64,000 bases of DNA. It comes from an uncultured Gammaproteobacteria bacterium (lineage in GTDB: Bacteria; Pseudomonadota; Gammaproteobacteria; CAWCPV01). Each line of letters opens with the position of its first letter. The first letter of the stretch is position 1. The notes under the pieces were generated by a model that made no database searches, had not been told where the DNA came from, and was given only the letters and a program-made list of their open reading frames with translations. The position numbers and the translations under genes are program-made. The stretch lies in NCBI GenBank assembly GCA_963797555.1, contig CAWCPV010000004.1, positions 320,001 to 384,000 on the forward strand. The letters are read 5' to 3'. Below, piece by piece: positions 11,487 to 23,455 of this stretch.

Positions 11487-13139
11487 TCAGTCTCCGGGCC
11501 AGGCCGTCAGCAGCGCGAGTATTCCCACGGCGCCAAGTACCCAGGTGAGCAAGGGAGCGTCCCCCAGCATGGTGGGGGCATACCCGTCCAGACCTTTGAT
11601 CAAAGCGGCGCTGATGACGAAGGCCGCACCGATGACGGCGGACACAGTCCGCTGGCTTGCGCGGCGTATATCGCGGCGCAGCCTATCCAATTCCTCCCCC
11701 CCCACATGCACACGCAGGCGCTCGTTGTTCACTCTGTGGAGCGCGTCGTGCAAGAGCAACGGAATCTCGGGCAGACTCTCTACCCAGTGAGGTGCATTGC
11801 GGCGCAACGCATGTGCCAGGGCGCTGGCGCCGATGCGCATGCTCATCCAGCGCTCGAGGAAAGGCTTGGCTGTTTGCCACAGGTCCAAGTCCGGGTAAAG
11901 CCGACGGCCGAGGCTCTCGATATTCAGTAGGGTCTTCTGTAACAGCATCAACTGCGGCTGCACCTCGATCTCGAAGCGGCGCGCGGTCTGGAACAGGCGC
12001 ACCAGAACCTGACCGAAGGAGATGTCCTTGAGGGGGCGCTCGAAGATCGGTTCGCACACGCTGCGGATGGCCGCCTCGAAGTCGTCCACTCGAATGTCGC
12101 GCCGCACCCACCCGGCATGGACGTGGAGTTCGGCAACGCGTCGGTAGTCGCGTTGAAAGAAGGCCAGGAAGTTCTCTGCCAGATAACGTTGATCGGCATC
12201 GCTCAGGGAGCCCATGATCCCGAAATCTACGGCGATGTACTGGCCCTCAGACGAAACAAAGATGTTGCCGGGGTGCATGTCGGCGTGAAAGAACCGGTGC
12301 TCGAATACCTGCGTGAAAAACAGCTCGACCCCATTATGCGCCAGAGTCTTCAGGTCTACGCCCTGACGCCTCAGGGTGGCCACATCCCACACTGGCGTCC
12401 CATGGATGCGTTCCATTACCATCACATTGCGGCGCGTGAGTGGCCAGTGGATCTCCGGCACATAGAGCAGCGCCGAGTCCTGGAAATTGCGCCGCAGCTG
12501 GCTTGCATTGGCCGATTCACGCAGCAGGTCCAGCTCATCCAAGATGGTCTTCTCCAGCTCGGATACGACGGCCCTAGGATGTAAGCGCCTGGCCTCGCGC
12601 CAGTAACTTTCTGCCAGTCCGGCCACGGTGTACAGCAAGGAGATGTCCCGCCGGATTACCTTTTCGATACCGGGACGCACCACCTTGACCACGACCCCTC
12701 GTCCATCCAGCAGGCGTGCGGCGTGTACCTGCGCGATGGACGCCGAAGCCAGGGGTTGCTCCTCGAACTCCAGGAACACCTCGCCTAGAGTACGGCCGTA
12801 GGCCTGCTCGATGATCGCCCTGGCGCGAGAGCCGGCGAATGGCTGGACCTTGTCCTGCAGGCGTGCGAGCTCATCGGCGATGTCATCGGGTAGTAGGTCG
12901 CGGCGCGTCGATAGGACTTGACCGAATTTGACATAGATGGGTCCCAGGTCCTCCAACGCGCACCGTATGCGGACCGCCCGCGGTGGGCGCGGGCCCTGTA
13001 GCCAGTACCAGGGGCTTACGTAGACCAGGAAGCGTAGAGGCCTGAACAGGTGGGTGGCGAGAATCACCTCGTCCAGCCCATGCCTCAGCAGGATGAGGTT
13101 GATGTGGAAGATACGCAGAGCCTGACTAGGACGCATCAT
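11487..13139 (-). CDS. ubiB: Ubiquinone biosynthesis kinase-like protein
   Basis: 'LGPIYVKFGQVLSTRRDLLP', 'ASASIAQVH', 'FFHADMHPGN'; downstream of ubiE-ubiJ. Confidence 0.97.
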   Translation of the reverse strand: MMRPSQALRIFHINLILLRHGLDEVILATHLFRPLRFLVYVSPWYWLQGPRPPRAVRIRCALEDLGPIYVKFGQVLSTRRDLLPDDIADELARLQDKVQPFAGSRARAIIEQAYGRTLGEVFLEFEEQPLASASIAQVHAARLLDGRGVVVKVVRPGIEKVIRRDISLLYTVAGLAESYWREARRLHPRAVVSELEKTILDELDLLRESANASQLRRNFQDSALLYVPEIHWPLTRRNVMVMERIHGTPVWDVATLRRQGVDLKTLAHNGVELFFTQVFEHRFFHADMHPGNIFVSSEGQYIAVDFGIMGSLSDADQRYLAENFLAFFQRDYRRVAELHVHAGWVRRDIRVDDFEAAIRSVCEPIFERPLKDISFGQVLVRLFQTARRFEIEVQPQLMLLQKTLLNIESLGRRLYPDLDLWQTAKPFLERWMSMRIGASALAHALRRNAPHWVESLPEIPLLLHDALHRVNNERLRVHVGGEELDRLRRDIRRASQRTVSAVIGAAFVISAALIKGLDGYAPTMLGDAPLLTWVLGAVGILALLTAWPGD

Positions 13140-13271
13140 CCGAGGGGTCCGCAGGACAGGTGGGGTCGCGCGCCTACTCGTGGCCCTGGCAGTGATGCAT
13201 GAACTGCGTGAATGAGCAGGGCTCCGTCATTTTTTCTGGGGGGCCTTGCGCGCGCAGGGGTAACCCACGCC

Positions 13272-13925
13272 TCAGACCCCAGAGCGATGCCCGGCCAGCC
13301 GCTCGGAGAGGCGGCGGACGCGCAACTCGAGCCGGTCCACATCCATGCGCAGCCCGTCGACCGCGGCGATGAACTCCTCCACCTCGTACCGCCTGGCCAC
13401 CAAGCCGGCCTCTTCCTGAAGGTACTCCGCGACATTCCGCTCGAGGGTGCGGATCGCTTCCTTGCTCCAGCCCTGCGCGGCGCGCACCACATTACCTAGC
13501 TGGTGGGCTGCAACGTCACCCATTACGTGGGACATCTGCTCCTCCCAATCGATGTCGACAGCGTCCAGGATTGCTCGAAGCTGCCGGGCGGTCTCGACAT
13601 CGCCGGAGATGTCCATGGCCCCACCGAACAGGGCCCGCACGCGCTCTGGGGCGGTCTGAAGCCGCAGTAAGGCGAGGGGTGATCCACTGATCGTGGTGTC
13701 GACCGGCCCCGTCCAGACGTTATGGACCTGAATTCCCGCGTGGCCCGGGGTCAGGTAAAAGGTCTTTCCCGTCCCTCGGACCTCAACGGCGATGACCTTG
13801 CCATGGAGGTCTGCCAGCCGACGGGCGGTCTCTGGGGACAGGGCGAGACATCGGTTCAGGGCGGTTTCCAAAACGCCTGCGAGGACCTTGCCCGGCAGGG
13901 ACGTTACCGATGCTCGGGAGGTCAC
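13272..13925 (-). CDS. ubiJ: SCP2-domain ubiquinone biosynthesis accessory factor
   Basis: '[19 protein letters not shown]', 'EYLQEE'; GTG start overlaps ubiE stop. Confidence 0.9.
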   Translation of the reverse strand: MTSRASVTSLPGKVLAGVLETALNRCLALSPETARRLADLHGKVIAVEVRGTGKTFYLTPGHAGIQVHNVWTGPVDTTISGSPLALLRLQTAPERVRALFGGAMDISGDVETARQLRAILDAVDIDWEEQMSHVMGDVAAHQLGNVVRAAQGWSKEAIRTLERNVAEYLQEEAGLVARRYEVEEFIAAVDGLRMDVDRLELRVRRLSERLAGHRSGV

Positions 13926-14671
13926 AACTTGTAACCCCGATGCAGCGCTACGATTCCTCCGCTCAGGTTGAAGTAGTCGCAGCGCTCCAGGCCAGCCGCC
14001 TCCATCATAGCTTTCAAGGTCTCCTGGTCCGGGTGCATGCGGATCGACTCCGCGAGATAGCGATAGCTGGTGGTATCGCCTGCGACCACCCGTCCGAGCA
14101 GCGGGAGCACGGAGAACGAATACAGGTCGTACAAGGGGCGCAGCGGTCGCCCGGGCTGGGAGAACTCCAGTACCAGTAGGCGCCCGCCAGGTCGCAGCAC
14201 GCGGTGCATGCAAGCCAGTGCCCGCGGCTGATCCGTAACGTTGCGCAGCCCGAAGGCGATGCTGACACAGTCGAAAGTTCCTTCCGGGAAGGGAAGACTT
14301 TCCGCGTCCGCTTGCACGTACCGGACATTGCCGACGATACCCCGATCGGCGAGTCGGTTTCTGCCGCGTGCCAGCATGGCAGCGTTGACATCGGTCAGCA
14401 CCACGCAGCCGGTCTCCCCAACGCGCTGGGCGAAGCGGGCGCTCAGATCTCCCGTGCCCCCGGCCAAGTCGAGGATGCGGTCTCCCTGCCCCACGCTGCT
14501 CGCCGCGACGGCATAGCGCTTCCACAGCCGGTGGACGCCGAAGGACATGAGGTCATTCATCAGGTCGTAACGGTCGACCACCGAATCGAACACTGCGGCG
14601 ACCTTGCGGGCTTTCTCCTTGGTGTTAACCTCGGTGAACCCGAAGTGGGTGGTCTTGCCCGGCTCGGGCAT
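13922..14671 (-). CDS. ubiE: Ubiquinone/menaquinone C-methyltransferase
   Basis: 'TTHFGF', '[17 protein letters not shown]', 'LDLAGGTGD', '[12 protein letters not shown]'. Confidence 0.97.
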   Translation of the reverse strand: MPEPGKTTHFGFTEVNTKEKARKVAAVFDSVVDRYDLMNDLMSFGVHRLWKRYAVAASSVGQGDRILDLAGGTGDLSARFAQRVGETGCVVLTDVNAAMLARGRNRLADRGIVGNVRYVQADAESLPFPEGTFDCVSIAFGLRNVTDQPRALACMHRVLRPGGRLLVLEFSQPGRPLRPLYDLYSFSVLPLLGRVVAGDTTSYRYLAESIRMHPDQETLKAMMEAAGLERCDYFNLSGGIVALHRGYKL

Positions 14672-14691
14672 CGAGCGCATCCCCCTGGAAC

Positions 14692-15078
14692 TTATGCGAG
14701 GCCGCCGTCGGGCAGCTTGCGTTTGTAACCTGCCTCCTGCAGCCGCTCCAGATAGCGGTCCCAAAGCTCGTCCCGATGCGTGCCCAGGTAATACAGATGT
14801 TGCCAGGAGTAAATACCGGTATTGTGCCCGTCATCGAATTGCAGCACCACCGCGTAGTTTCCCACCGGTTCGATGCTCGTGATATTCACGTTCTCCTTGC
14901 CGAGCTGCAGCACCTCTTGGCCGGGTCCGTGTCCACGCACCTCGGCGGAGGGCGAATACACGCGAAGGTACTCGCAGGGCAAGTGGAAGCGTGAACCGTT
15001 ATCGAATGCGACCTCCAGGGTGCGCGATTTCTGATGGAGGCTAATCTCGGTAGGGGTGGGAGTCTGCTCGGCTGTCAT
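14692..15078 (-). CDS. DUF971 / GBBH-N-like protein
   Basis: '[16 protein letters not shown]', 'VGNYAV...[12 protein letters not shown]'. Confidence 0.9.
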   Translation of the reverse strand: MTAEQTPTPTEISLHQKSRTLEVAFDNGSRFHLPCEYLRVYSPSAEVRGHGPGQEVLQLGKENVNITSIEPVGNYAVVLQFDDGHNTGIYSWQHLYYLGTHRDELWDRYLERLQEAGYKRKLPDGGLA

Positions 15079-15144
15079 GTCGCTTCGGACCTCGTGCGCA
15101 ACGGGAGGCGGGCACGGTGCAGCCCACCTGGTCCCCCGTGGATT

Positions 15145-16476
15145 CTACAGGATGTACCGGCTGAGATCCTCGTCCTTTGCCAACTCGCCCACATGCTCGT
15201 CGACATAGCCGGAGTCGACTGCGATTGTGCGCCCGGGCGAGTCGGGAGCCTCGAAGGATACCGTCTCGAGCAGACGCTCCAGCACGGTGTGTAAGCGCCT
15301 TGCACCGATGTTCTCAGTGCGCTCGTTGACCTGCCACGCGATCTCCGCGATGCGCCGAATCCCGTCAGGAGAGAACTCCACTGTCACCCCCTCGGTGGCG
15401 AGCAATGCCCGGTACTGTTCGGTCAGAGACTCATCCGGCTCGGTCAGGATGCGCACGAAATCCTCGACCGTCAGAGAGTCCAGCTCGACGCGGATGGGCA
15501 AACGCCCCTGGAGCTCAGGAATCAGGTCGGAAGGCTTCGCCAAGTGGAACGCCCCGGAGGCGATGAACAGAATATGGTCGGTTTTGACCGTGCCGTAGCG
15601 CGTAGACACGGTGCAGCCTTCTACCAGCGGCAGCAGGTCGCGCTGCACTCCTTCGCGAGACACATCGGGGCCGCCGTATTCCGAGCGCTGCGCCACCTTG
15701 TCGATCTCGTCGATGAATACGATGGCGCTCTGCTCCACGCTCTCGAGGGCTCGCATCTTGAGATTGTCCTCGTTGATCAGGCGTCCTGCCTCCTCATCGC
15801 GCAGCAGCTTCCGGGCATCCCGAATGCGCAGGCGCCGGCGCCGGGTCCGACCCCCCGCCAGGTTTTGCAACATGCTCTGAAGCTGGCTGGTCATTTCCTC
15901 CATGCCGGGCGGTGCCATGATCTCCACTCCGATGGAGGCCATGGCGACGTCGATCTCGATCTCACGGTCGTCGAGCTCACCGCCGCGTAACCGCTTCCGG
16001 AGCTTCTGACGTGTGCTGGACTCCTCGGCGGGAGTGGTTGCGCCGGACGTGATATCCAGCCTCGCGTGCGGCAGCAGGGCGTCTAGGATGCGCTCCTCGG
16101 CCGCGTGCTCCGCTCGCGAGCCGACCTTCCCGATCTCTTCCTCCCGCAGCATCTTAATGGCAGCATCCATCAGGTCGCGGATGATGGAGTCCACATCCCG
16201 GCCCACATAGCCCACCTCAGTGAATTTCGTGGCTTCCACCTTGATGAAAGGGGCGTTGGCCAGTCGCGCCAGGCGCCGCGCGATTTCGGTCTTGCCGACG
16301 CCGGTCGGGCCGATCATCAGGATGTTCTTCGGGGTGATCTCGGCGCGCAAGCGCTCCTCGAGTTGGGAGCGGCGCCAGCGGTTGCGCAGTGCGATAGCAA
16401 CAGCCCGTTTGGCAGGACCTTGCCCAATGATGTGCTTGTCGAGCTCGAGAACAATCTTGCGGGGTGTCATCGTCAT
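15145..16476 (-). CDS. hslU: ATP-dependent protease ATPase subunit
   Basis: '[22 protein letters not shown]', '[12 protein letters not shown]', 'NIGARRLHT'. Confidence 0.98.
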   Translation of the reverse strand: MTMTPRKIVLELDKHIIGQGPAKRAVAIALRNRWRRSQLEERLRAEITPKNILMIGPTGVGKTEIARRLARLANAPFIKVEATKFTEVGYVGRDVDSIIRDLMDAAIKMLREEEIGKVGSRAEHAAEERILDALLPHARLDITSGATTPAEESSTRQKLRKRLRGGELDDREIEIDVAMASIGVEIMAPPGMEEMTSQLQSMLQNLAGGRTRRRRLRIRDARKLLRDEEAGRLINEDNLKMRALESVEQSAIVFIDEIDKVAQRSEYGGPDVSREGVQRDLLPLVEGCTVSTRYGTVKTDHILFIASGAFHLAKPSDLIPELQGRLPIRVELDSLTVEDFVRILTEPDESLTEQYRALLATEGVTVEFSPDGIRRIAEIAWQVNERTENIGARRLHTVLERLLETVSFEAPDSPGRTIAVDSGYVDEHVGELAKDEDLSRYIL

Positions 16477-16494
16477 GGCACGAGACCGCTCTCC

Positions 16495-17043
16495 TCAGGA
16501 GCTTGCCGCGGACAGCTCTAGGACGGTGCGTTGGTGATTGGTATAGATGCAGATATCGGCCGCAATGGCGAGTGATTTCTCCACGATGTGCCGAGCCTCG
16601 AGCTGGGTGTTCTCCAGCAGCGCCCGCGCCGCTGCCTGCGCGTAGAAGCCGCCAGACCCGATGGCCATCAGGGGATGCTCCGGCTCGATGACGTCACCGT
16701 TTCCGGAAATGATCAACGATGCTTGGCCGTCGGCGACCGTCAGCAGGGCTTCCAAGCGGCGCAGCAAACGATCGGTGCGCCAGTCCTTGGCGAGCTCCAC
16801 GGCGGCCCGTGTCAGGTTGCCATGATGTTGTTCCAACTTTGCCTCGAACCGCTCGAACAGCGTGAAGGCGTCGGCCGTCCCACCAGCGAATCCCGCGATG
16901 ACCTGATCGTGATAAAGGCGACGGACCTTGCGGGCGTTTCCTTTGACGATGGCGTTCCCGAAGGAGACCTGCCCATCGGCGCCCATGACCACCTTGCCAT
17001 TGCGGCGGACGCAGAGGACGGTCGTGCCGTGGGCGTCTTGCAT
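16495..17043 (-). CDS. hslV: ATP-dependent protease peptidase subunit
   Basis: 'GTTVL...ADGQVS', '[17 protein letters not shown]', 'AIGSGG'. Confidence 0.97.
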   Translation of the reverse strand: MQDAHGTTVLCVRRNGKVVMGADGQVSFGNAIVKGNARKVRRLYHDQVIAGFAGGTADAFTLFERFEAKLEQHHGNLTRAAVELAKDWRTDRLLRRLEALLTVADGQASLIISGNGDVIEPEHPLMAIGSGGFYAQAAARALLENTQLEARHIVEKSLAIAADICIYTNHQRTVLELSAASS

Positions 17044-17214
17044 GCGCGGTCCAATCGAGGAGGGGTAAAGCCGGGCGAGTTCGGTTACAGAGAACAATCG
17101 TGCATGATAGACGATTATACACGAGGCCCGAGCCGCTCTACGGCGAGGCGGACTGCATGGTGTGCGTGGCTGGGCCGGAGTTCACGGGGGTGCGTGAGCC
17201 GTGACCGGCGCCGC

Positions 17215-18609
17215 CTACTGCTTTTCCATGCCCAGTTCCTTGAGTTTCCGGGTGAGCGTGTTCCGGCCGCAGCCGAGCAGGCGCGCGGCCTCTTGGCGGC
17301 GGCCCCCGGTGTGCTGCAGGGCGGTCTCGATCAGGGTCTGTTCGAATTCGGGGCCGGCACGTTCCATGAGGCCCGTCTCCCCCCGCGCCAGATGTTGCTC
17401 GGCCCAGTGCTTGAGGGCGTTCTGCCACTCCGTAGTCTCCTCGATTTCTGGGTCGCTGCTTCTGAGTTCCAGGGGCAGGTCCTCCTCGTGGATGATTTGC
17501 CCCGGAGCCATGACCATGAGCCACCGGCAAGTGTTCTCGAGTTGTCGCACGTTCCCTGGCCAATGCAACGATGCGAGAGAGGCTTCCGTGTCCGGTGCGA
17601 GGGTCTTGGGCTCGACGTTCAGCTCGCGTGCCGCTTTGGCGAGGAAGTGGCGTGCCAACTGCGGAATGTCCTCCCGACGCTGCCGCAGGGCGGGCAGGTG
17701 AACGCGGATGACGTTCAGACGATGAAACAGGTCCTCGCGGAAGCCGCCTTCCTGCACGCGGCGCTCCAAGGCTTGGTGCGTCGCGGCGATGATGCGTACA
17801 TCCACTTTGATAGGTGTGTGCCCGCCTACGCGGTAGAAATCGCCTTCCGCCAGCACACGCAGTAGACGGGTCTGTAGCTCCATGGGCATGTCGCCGATCT
17901 CGTCGAGGAACAGGGTACCGCCGTCCGCTTGTTCGAAACGTCCGCGTCGCGTCTGATGGGCGCCTGTGAACGCGCCCCGTTCGTGCCCGAAGAGCTCTGA
18001 CTCCAGGAGATCCCGCGGGATGGCGGCGGCGTTCAAGGCGATGAACGGCCCTTGCGCCCGCGGGCTGTGACGATGGAGGGCTCGGGCGACGAGCTCCTTT
18101 CCGGTGCCCGACTCGCCCGTGATCAGCACCGTGATGTTCGATCGTGACAGGCGGCCGATGGCCCGAAAGACCTCTTGCATGGCGGGTGCTTCGCCGATTA
18201 TCTCCGGTGCAGCGGGCGTTTCTGCAGCGGCGACCGCCTCTCCGCGCCTCTGCTGTACGGCACGCCGGACCAACTCGACGGCCTCGTCCACATCGAAGGG
18301 CTTCGGCAGATACTCGAAGGCACCGCCCCGAAACGCCGCCACCGCCGCTTCGAGGTCCGAGTGTGCGGTGATGATGATGACGGGGATGTCCGGATGGTGT
18401 GCGCGAATTCGTTCCAGCAGTTCCAGGCCGCCCATTCCGGGCATGCGGATGTCGGTGATGACGACATCTGGACGGCCGTCGTCCAGAGCATCCATGACCC
18501 CCGTCGCGCTCGCGAATGGTGTGACCTCCATATCCGCCTGACGCAGTGCCTTCTGGAGTACCCAGCGGATGGAGCGGTCATCGTCGATGACCCAGACACG
18601 CTCCTTCAT
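17215..18609 (-). CDS. ntrC: Nitrogen regulation protein NR(I), sigma54 activator
   Basis: Receiver domain, 'GESGTGKE', 'GAFTGA', Fis-type HTH 'GRNTLTRK'. Confidence 0.97.
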   Translation of the reverse strand: MKERVWVIDDDRSIRWVLQKALRQADMEVTPFASATGVMDALDDGRPDVVITDIRMPGMGGLELLERIRAHHPDIPVIIITAHSDLEAAVAAFRGGAFEYLPKPFDVDEAVELVRRAVQQRRGEAVAAAETPAAPEIIGEAPAMQEVFRAIGRLSRSNITVLITGESGTGKELVARALHRHSPRAQGPFIALNAAAIPRDLLESELFGHERGAFTGAHQTRRGRFEQADGGTLFLDEIGDMPMELQTRLLRVLAEGDFYRVGGHTPIKVDVRIIAATHQALERRVQEGGFREDLFHRLNVIRVHLPALRQRREDIPQLARHFLAKAARELNVEPKTLAPDTEASLASLHWPGNVRQLENTCRWLMVMAPGQIIHEEDLPLELRSSDPEIEETTEWQNALKHWAEQHLARGETGLMERAGPEFEQTLIETALQHTGGRRQEAARLLGCGRNTLTRKLKELGMEKQ

Positions 18610-19661
18610 GATGTGATCTCCACAGGGAGTAGTAAGGTAAAGGTGGTCTCCCCGGGGCGGCTGAAGCACTCGATGAGGCCGCCGTGTTGCTTGATCAGCG
18701 CCTGGGCGATGGTAAGACCGAGACCGGTCCCCTCGGCGCGCCCCGTCACCATCGGGTAAAAGATGTGTTCCAGCGAGTCCGGCGGGATGCCGGGGCCGTT
18801 GTCGGTGATATCGATTCGGGCGACTAGCCGGTGGTGTTGCTGTCCGATGGTATAGTGCCTAATGATGCGCGTCCGAAACCCGACCACCCCTGAGCCGTCG
18901 ACCGCCTGGACGGCATTGCGGGCAACGTTGAGTACGGCTTGTATGAGCTGTTCGGGGTCGCCCTGGCATTCCGGGATGCTGGGGTCGTAGTCGGTGGTGA
19001 TGGTGACCCCACCCGGGATCTCGGCTTCCAGCAGTTGGCGCACACGCTCTACCACTTCGTGGAGGTTCAGGGGACGCTTGCGTGTCGGCGTCCGCGGACT
19101 GAGCATGCGGTCCACGAGATTGCGTAGCCGGTCCGCCTCGTCGATGATGATCCGGGTGTATTCGCGCAGGGATGCGTCCGGAAGCTCCTTTTGCAGAAGC
19201 TGCGCCGCGCCCCGGATGCCTCCCAATGGGTTCTTGATCTCGTGGGCGAGGCCCCGGAGCAGAGCATGCATCGCACCCTGCTGAGCCAGCAGATGCTCTT
19301 CGCGGGCTATGCGCAGTTGCCGGTCCACTTGCAGAAGCTCGACGACTAGGCTCCGTTCGTGCTGTCCTTCCATGATGGGAGTCACCGTGCAGTCCACAGT
19401 GAGCTGCCGCTCGCCAGGCAATCGGAGTTGCCGCTCCCGCTCTGTATAGGGGTGCCCATTTTGCAGCGCGCGTTCTAGGGGTTCGCCGAAGCACGGCTCA
19501 CCGGGAGCTAAGGAACGAACTGGCTGTCCCGCGACATAACGCGCGCTCGTTGCGAACATCACTTCCGCAGCCGCATTCATATAGACCAGGTGAAGGTGTT
19601 CGTCGAGGACCAGAATAGCCGTGCTCAAATTCTCGACGATGCGCCTAAAGTCCGAGGTCAT
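18606..19661 (-). CDS. ntrB: Nitrogen regulation sensor kinase NR(II)
   Basis: PAS domain, 'LAHEIKNPLGGIRGAAQLL', 'DYDPSIP', 'GTGLGL'; ATGA overlap with ntrC. Confidence 0.96.
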   Translation of the reverse strand: MTSDFRRIVENLSTAILVLDEHLHLVYMNAAAEVMFATSARYVAGQPVRSLAPGEPCFGEPLERALQNGHPYTERERQLRLPGERQLTVDCTVTPIMEGQHERSLVVELLQVDRQLRIAREEHLLAQQGAMHALLRGLAHEIKNPLGGIRGAAQLLQKELPDASLREYTRIIIDEADRLRNLVDRMLSPRTPTRKRPLNLHEVVERVRQLLEAEIPGGVTITTDYDPSIPECQGDPEQLIQAVLNVARNAVQAVDGSGVVGFRTRIIRHYTIGQQHHRLVARIDITDNGPGIPPDSLEHIFYPMVTGRAEGTGLGLTIAQALIKQHGGLIECFSRPGETTFTLLLPVEITS

Positions 19662-19768
19662 TTGCTCGACCCTCCCCGCCCCAAGCAGCAAGCAAAAGCC
19701 GTACCCGCTCCTGGGTCTATGGTGGGGCGGGTGTCATGCTTGAACACGCACCGGTTCGGACAAAGCGA

Positions 19769-19785
19769 TGCACCATACTAGTGCA
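19769..19785. promoter_or_regulatory. NtrC-binding site upstream of ntrB
   Basis: TGCACCATACTAGTGCA matches the TGCAC-N7-GTGCA palindrome. Confidence 0.8.
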
Positions 19786-19804
19786 TGGGTGGCCGGCTCG
19801 GGGC

Positions 19805-20410
19805 TCAGCCAGCGACAGGGGGAGTCGTGCCCGGAGCTGAGCGAAAACCCTGGGAGGGAGCAGGGGACCGGTTTCCGGGCTGCGGCGCGATGAGCGAATG
19901 ATGTCGCATGTGAAAGGTAACTGGCGAGGACTGGATCAACGTGTTGCCGTGGTTGTCCTCGATTTTCACCTGCAGAGAGTGGGTGCCCCGATAGACCGGA
20001 GCGATCTGGAACGAGTTGGCGCGGAAAGTGGCGTCGAGAACTTTGCCGTCGAGCGTTACCACCACCTTGTCGCCGGCGGTCGCCTTGAGGGGCGGATCCA
20101 TCTTGAGCTTGACCGGTAAGGTATCCTGGTCGCTCCACACGGTAGCATCGGGCGCAGGGATGAGCACTTGGAGGTGCTCATACGCGTGTCCCTCCTGCTG
20201 AGGGCTCGGCGAAGCCGACTCCAACGGCCGGCTGGGCTTGGGCAATGGAGGCGGCTTGTATGTCGGTAGCGGCGGTACATCCAGCTTCTTGGCGCCCGGA
20301 TGAGGTTGGTTAGAGAACGTGATGGTACCGTCGGGTGCCACCCACTGGTAGATCTCCGCCCCAAACGCCGGGCAAACAGACCACAGAGCGAGCAGTATCG
20401 TGTATCTCAC
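19805..20410 (-). CDS. DUF4124 exported protein
   Basis: Signal peptide then 'IYQWVAPDGTITFSNQP'; sits between glnA and ntrB. Confidence 0.85.
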   Translation of the reverse strand: MRYTILLALWSVCPAFGAEIYQWVAPDGTITFSNQPHPGAKKLDVPPLPTYKPPPLPKPSRPLESASPSPQQEGHAYEHLQVLIPAPDATVWSDQDTLPVKLKMDPPLKATAGDKVVVTLDGKVLDATFRANSFQIAPVYRGTHSLQVKIEDNHGNTLIQSSPVTFHMRHHSLIAPQPGNRSPAPSQGFRSAPGTTPPVAG

Positions 20411-20505
20411 GAAGTCAGCATAACCGAGCGCGCCGAGCACAAACAAGCGGGCAAGCGGGAGGGGACGCCCCCTTTGCGGGGGCGCTCCGGCGCCCGGTGA
20501 TCAAG

Positions 20506-21918
20506 TCACAGGCTGTAGTACATGTCGAACTCGACAGGATGCGTGGTCATGCGCAGACGGGTGATGTCCTGCATCTTGAGAGCCATGTACGCGTCCAACA
20601 TGTCGTTGCTGAACACCCCGCCCGAGGTGAGGAAAGCCCGATCCTTGTCTAATATCTCCAGCGCCATGTCCAGGGCGTGACAGACGGTGGGGATCTCCTT
20701 TAGCTCTTCGGGAGGCAGGTCGTAGAGATCCTTGTCCATCGGGTCGCCGGGATGAATCTTGTTCATGATCCCGTCCAGCCCGGCCATCAGCATGGCCGCG
20801 AAGGAGAGATAGGGGTTGCCGGTGGCGTCCGGGAACCGTACCTCGATGCGGCGTCCCTTGGCGCTCGCGACATGGGGAATGCGGATGGAGGCGGAGCGGT
20901 TCCGCGCCGAGTAAGCGAGCAGTACCGGCGCCTCGAAGCCGGGCACCAAGCGCTTGTAGCTGTTCGTGCTCGCGTTGGTGATGGCGTTCAGCGCACGGGC
21001 GTGCTTCATGATGCCGCCGATGTAGTAAAGCGCCGTCTCGGACAGCCCAGCATAGAGGTTGCCGCTGAACAGGTTGACCCCGTCCTTGGACAAGGACTGG
21101 TGTACATGCATCCCGTTGCCGTTGTCGCCCACCAGCGGCTTCGGCATGAAGGTAGCTGTCTTTCCGTAGGACGCCGCGACGTTCATCACCGCGTACTTGA
21201 GGATCTGCAGCTCATCGGCCTTGCGGGTGAGGGTGTTGAATCGGGTACCGATCTCGTTCTGGCCAGCGGTTGCCACCTCGTGGTGATGTGTCTCCGGGTG
21301 CACCCCCATTTCCTGCATCGCCAGGCACATGGCGGAACGGATATCCTGCAGCGAGTCGACCGGAGGTACTGGGAAGTAGCCGCCCTTGATGGACGGACGG
21401 TGCCCCAAGTTGCCCCTGTCGAAGACCTTCTCCGAGTTCCAAGATGCCTCGTCGGAGTCCACCTTGCAGAAGGAGCCCTTGATGTCCGATCCCCAGCGTA
21501 CGTCATCGAAGATGAAGAATTCGGGCTCCGGGCCGTAGTAGGCGGCGTCCGCAATGCCCGTGGACTTCAAATAGGCCTCGGCGCGTTTGGCGAGCGAGCG
21601 CGGATCCCGATCGTAGCCCTGCATTGTCATCGGCTCAACGATGTCGCAGCGCAGAATAAGCGTGGGCTCCTCGAAAAAGGGGTCCATGACCGCACTGTCC
21701 AGATCTGGCATGAGGATCATGTCCGACTCGTGGATGCCTTTCCAACCAGCGATGGACGATCCGTCGAACATCTTCCCGTCGCGGAGCACATCCTCGTCTA
21801 CAGTGTCCGCTGGCACGGACACATGCTGCTCCTTGCCTCGGGTGTCCGTGAAGCGGAAGTCCACGAACTTTACATTCTTGTCGCTGATGGTCTGCAATAC
21901 TTCGGCTACAGACGACAT
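20506..21918 (-). CDS. glnA: Glutamine synthetase type I
   Basis: '[13 protein letters not shown]', '[10 protein letters not shown]', '[13 protein letters not shown]', 'DKDLYDLPP'. Confidence 0.98.
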   Translation of the reverse strand: MSSVAEVLQTISDKNVKFVDFRFTDTRGKEQHVSVPADTVDEDVLRDGKMFDGSSIAGWKGIHESDMILMPDLDSAVMDPFFEEPTLILRCDIVEPMTMQGYDRDPRSLAKRAEAYLKSTGIADAAYYGPEPEFFIFDDVRWGSDIKGSFCKVDSDEASWNSEKVFDRGNLGHRPSIKGGYFPVPPVDSLQDIRSAMCLAMQEMGVHPETHHHEVATAGQNEIGTRFNTLTRKADELQILKYAVMNVAASYGKTATFMPKPLVGDNGNGMHVHQSLSKDGVNLFSGNLYAGLSETALYYIGGIMKHARALNAITNASTNSYKRLVPGFEAPVLLAYSARNRSASIRIPHVASAKGRRIEVRFPDATGNPYLSFAAMLMAGLDGIMNKIHPGDPMDKDLYDLPPEELKEIPTVCHALDMALEILDKDRAFLTSGGVFSNDMLDAYMALKMQDITRLRMTTHPVEFDMYYSL

Positions 21919-21990
21919 AGTGCTATCTCCAGTGAGGTTGTGGCTGACGATGAACCAGAATGGAACGACCGCACCTTGAGCCCTTGCCCA

Positions 21991-22006
21991 TGCAAGGCAT
22001 GTACCA
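21991..22006 (-). promoter_or_regulatory. Sigma54 -24/-12 promoter of glnA
   Basis: Minus strand reads TGGTACATGCCTTGCA (GG-N10-GC), about 70 bp upstream of the ATG. Confidence 0.8.
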
Positions 22007-22178
22007 AATGCCATGGACTCGGGAAGCGGCGCGACTCAATGTTTCTGCGAAGATACTTGGGGAGCTGTGCACCACAGAAGCCCGGGCTGGCTTGATTATG
22101 CACAAGATAGGTAGGTGTCCCTAAGCGACAGGCCGGTGCATGGAGCGGCGTATGGTTTCCGTAGAGCCCGCCGTGCGC

Positions 22179-22415
22179 TCATCCATCACCCCCGCCGATC
22201 TCGATGTGAATACCGAAGCCGTGCTCGTCGCGCCGCGTCTCCAGTATCCGATGCCCGTAAATGCGGCACCATGCCGGGATGTCGTGCAAGGCCCCCGGGT
22301 CGGTGCACAAAACCTCGATCCGGTCGCCTGGGTGGAGGCTCTTGACCCGGTCCTGAACTCGTATCACCGGGAGCGGACAAAGCAGGCGCCGCGCGTCCAC
22401 GCGTACGCAGGTCAT
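22179..22415 (-). CDS. tusA: TusA-family sulfurtransferase
   Basis: 'DARRLLCPLPV', 'TDPGALHDIPAWC'. Confidence 0.88.
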   Translation of the reverse strand: MTCVRVDARRLLCPLPVIRVQDRVKSLHPGDRIEVLCTDPGALHDIPAWCRIYGHRILETRRDEHGFGIHIEIGGGDG

Positions 22416-23455
22416 AGGTACCACTCCTGCGGGATGGACTCCGCCGCCAGCGGCGTGACGTCGATCTCGTAGACTCGTCCGCCGTACGGTGCGACCTGCA
22501 CCCGCACGCTTTCGGCCGCACGCCCCTGGCTGAAGCGTGCGGTCACCCGTGCGGCCAACTCCAGATCGGTGGCGTCGGTTTGTCCTTCGACCAAGGTGAG
22601 CGGGCCCTTGTGGCTAAGCGGCAGGAGGTGAGTGAACTGATAACGGTAGCCCTCCAGAAAGCGGCTTTCCCCTTCCTCCCGAGCGACAATGAGCTTGAAG
22701 TGGGAGCGCGGCCGGAGGTGTCGACCCACCTTGAGCAGCATAATGTCGTCCAGCCCGTAGTCGCGCGTACCACGCGTTCTCCACAGGTCGGCTAGCTTGG
22801 CCGCATATGTCCGGTCCGTCAGGAAACAGCAGCCGCCGGCCGGCTGGGCGTAATCTGTGACGCCGAACTGAACGGCCAGTGCCATCTGAGGCTTACGGGA
22901 GCGCCCAGTGAAGGCGTGCAGACGGTCACGATCCACCCAGCCTTCCCGCTCAGGCAGAGTCATCGGGAGGCGCTTCGCGCACAAAGGACGCAGCAGCCGG
23001 TCGCCGGCTCCTGACTCGCGCGCCACAAGGGGCAACATGTCCTTGCGCTGCGACATGGGCCGCTGCCCAAGCACCTCGCCCGTGATGATGAAGTCGAAGT
23101 CATGTTCACACATCCATTGGTACGCCTTGGATACCATGAAGCTCTTGCAGTCGAGACATGGGTTAAGGTTGGCTCCATAGCCGTGTCTCGGGTTGAGCAC
23201 GATCTGCTTGTATGACTCGACCACGTCGCAGATGTGCAGCTTGATACCGAGATGCTCCGCGACCCACAGAGCATTGTTGCGTTTGGGTCGGCTACCGTGC
23301 CCCTTGCGGATGGCGTGCGTATGTCCCTCGACGCAGAAGCCCGTGAAGAAGTTCATGCCTTCCACTTGGACACCCTGTTCCATCACGACTTTCGCCGCGA
23401 GCATCGAATCCAGACCGCCTGAGATGAGAGCTATCGCTCTGGGTTGCCTGTGCAT
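22412..23455 (-). CDS. tRNA thiolase-like PP-loop protein (MnmA/ThiI-like)
   Basis: 'SGGLDS', 'NPCLDC', 'TGEVLGQRPMSQ', 'PAGGCC'; coupled to tusA. Confidence 0.85.
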   Translation of the reverse strand: MHRQPRAIALISGGLDSMLAAKVVMEQGVQVEGMNFFTGFCVEGHTHAIRKGHGSRPKRNNALWVAEHLGIKLHICDVVESYKQIVLNPRHGYGANLNPCLDCKSFMVSKAYQWMCEHDFDFIITGEVLGQRPMSQRKDMLPLVARESGAGDRLLRPLCAKRLPMTLPEREGWVDRDRLHAFTGRSRKPQMALAVQFGVTDYAQPAGGCCFLTDRTYAAKLADLWRTRGTRDYGLDDIMLLKVGRHLRPRSHFKLIVAREEGESRFLEGYRYQFTHLLPLSHKGPLTLVEGQTDATDLELAARVTARFSQGRAAESVRVQVAPYGGRVYEIDVTPLAAESIPQEWYL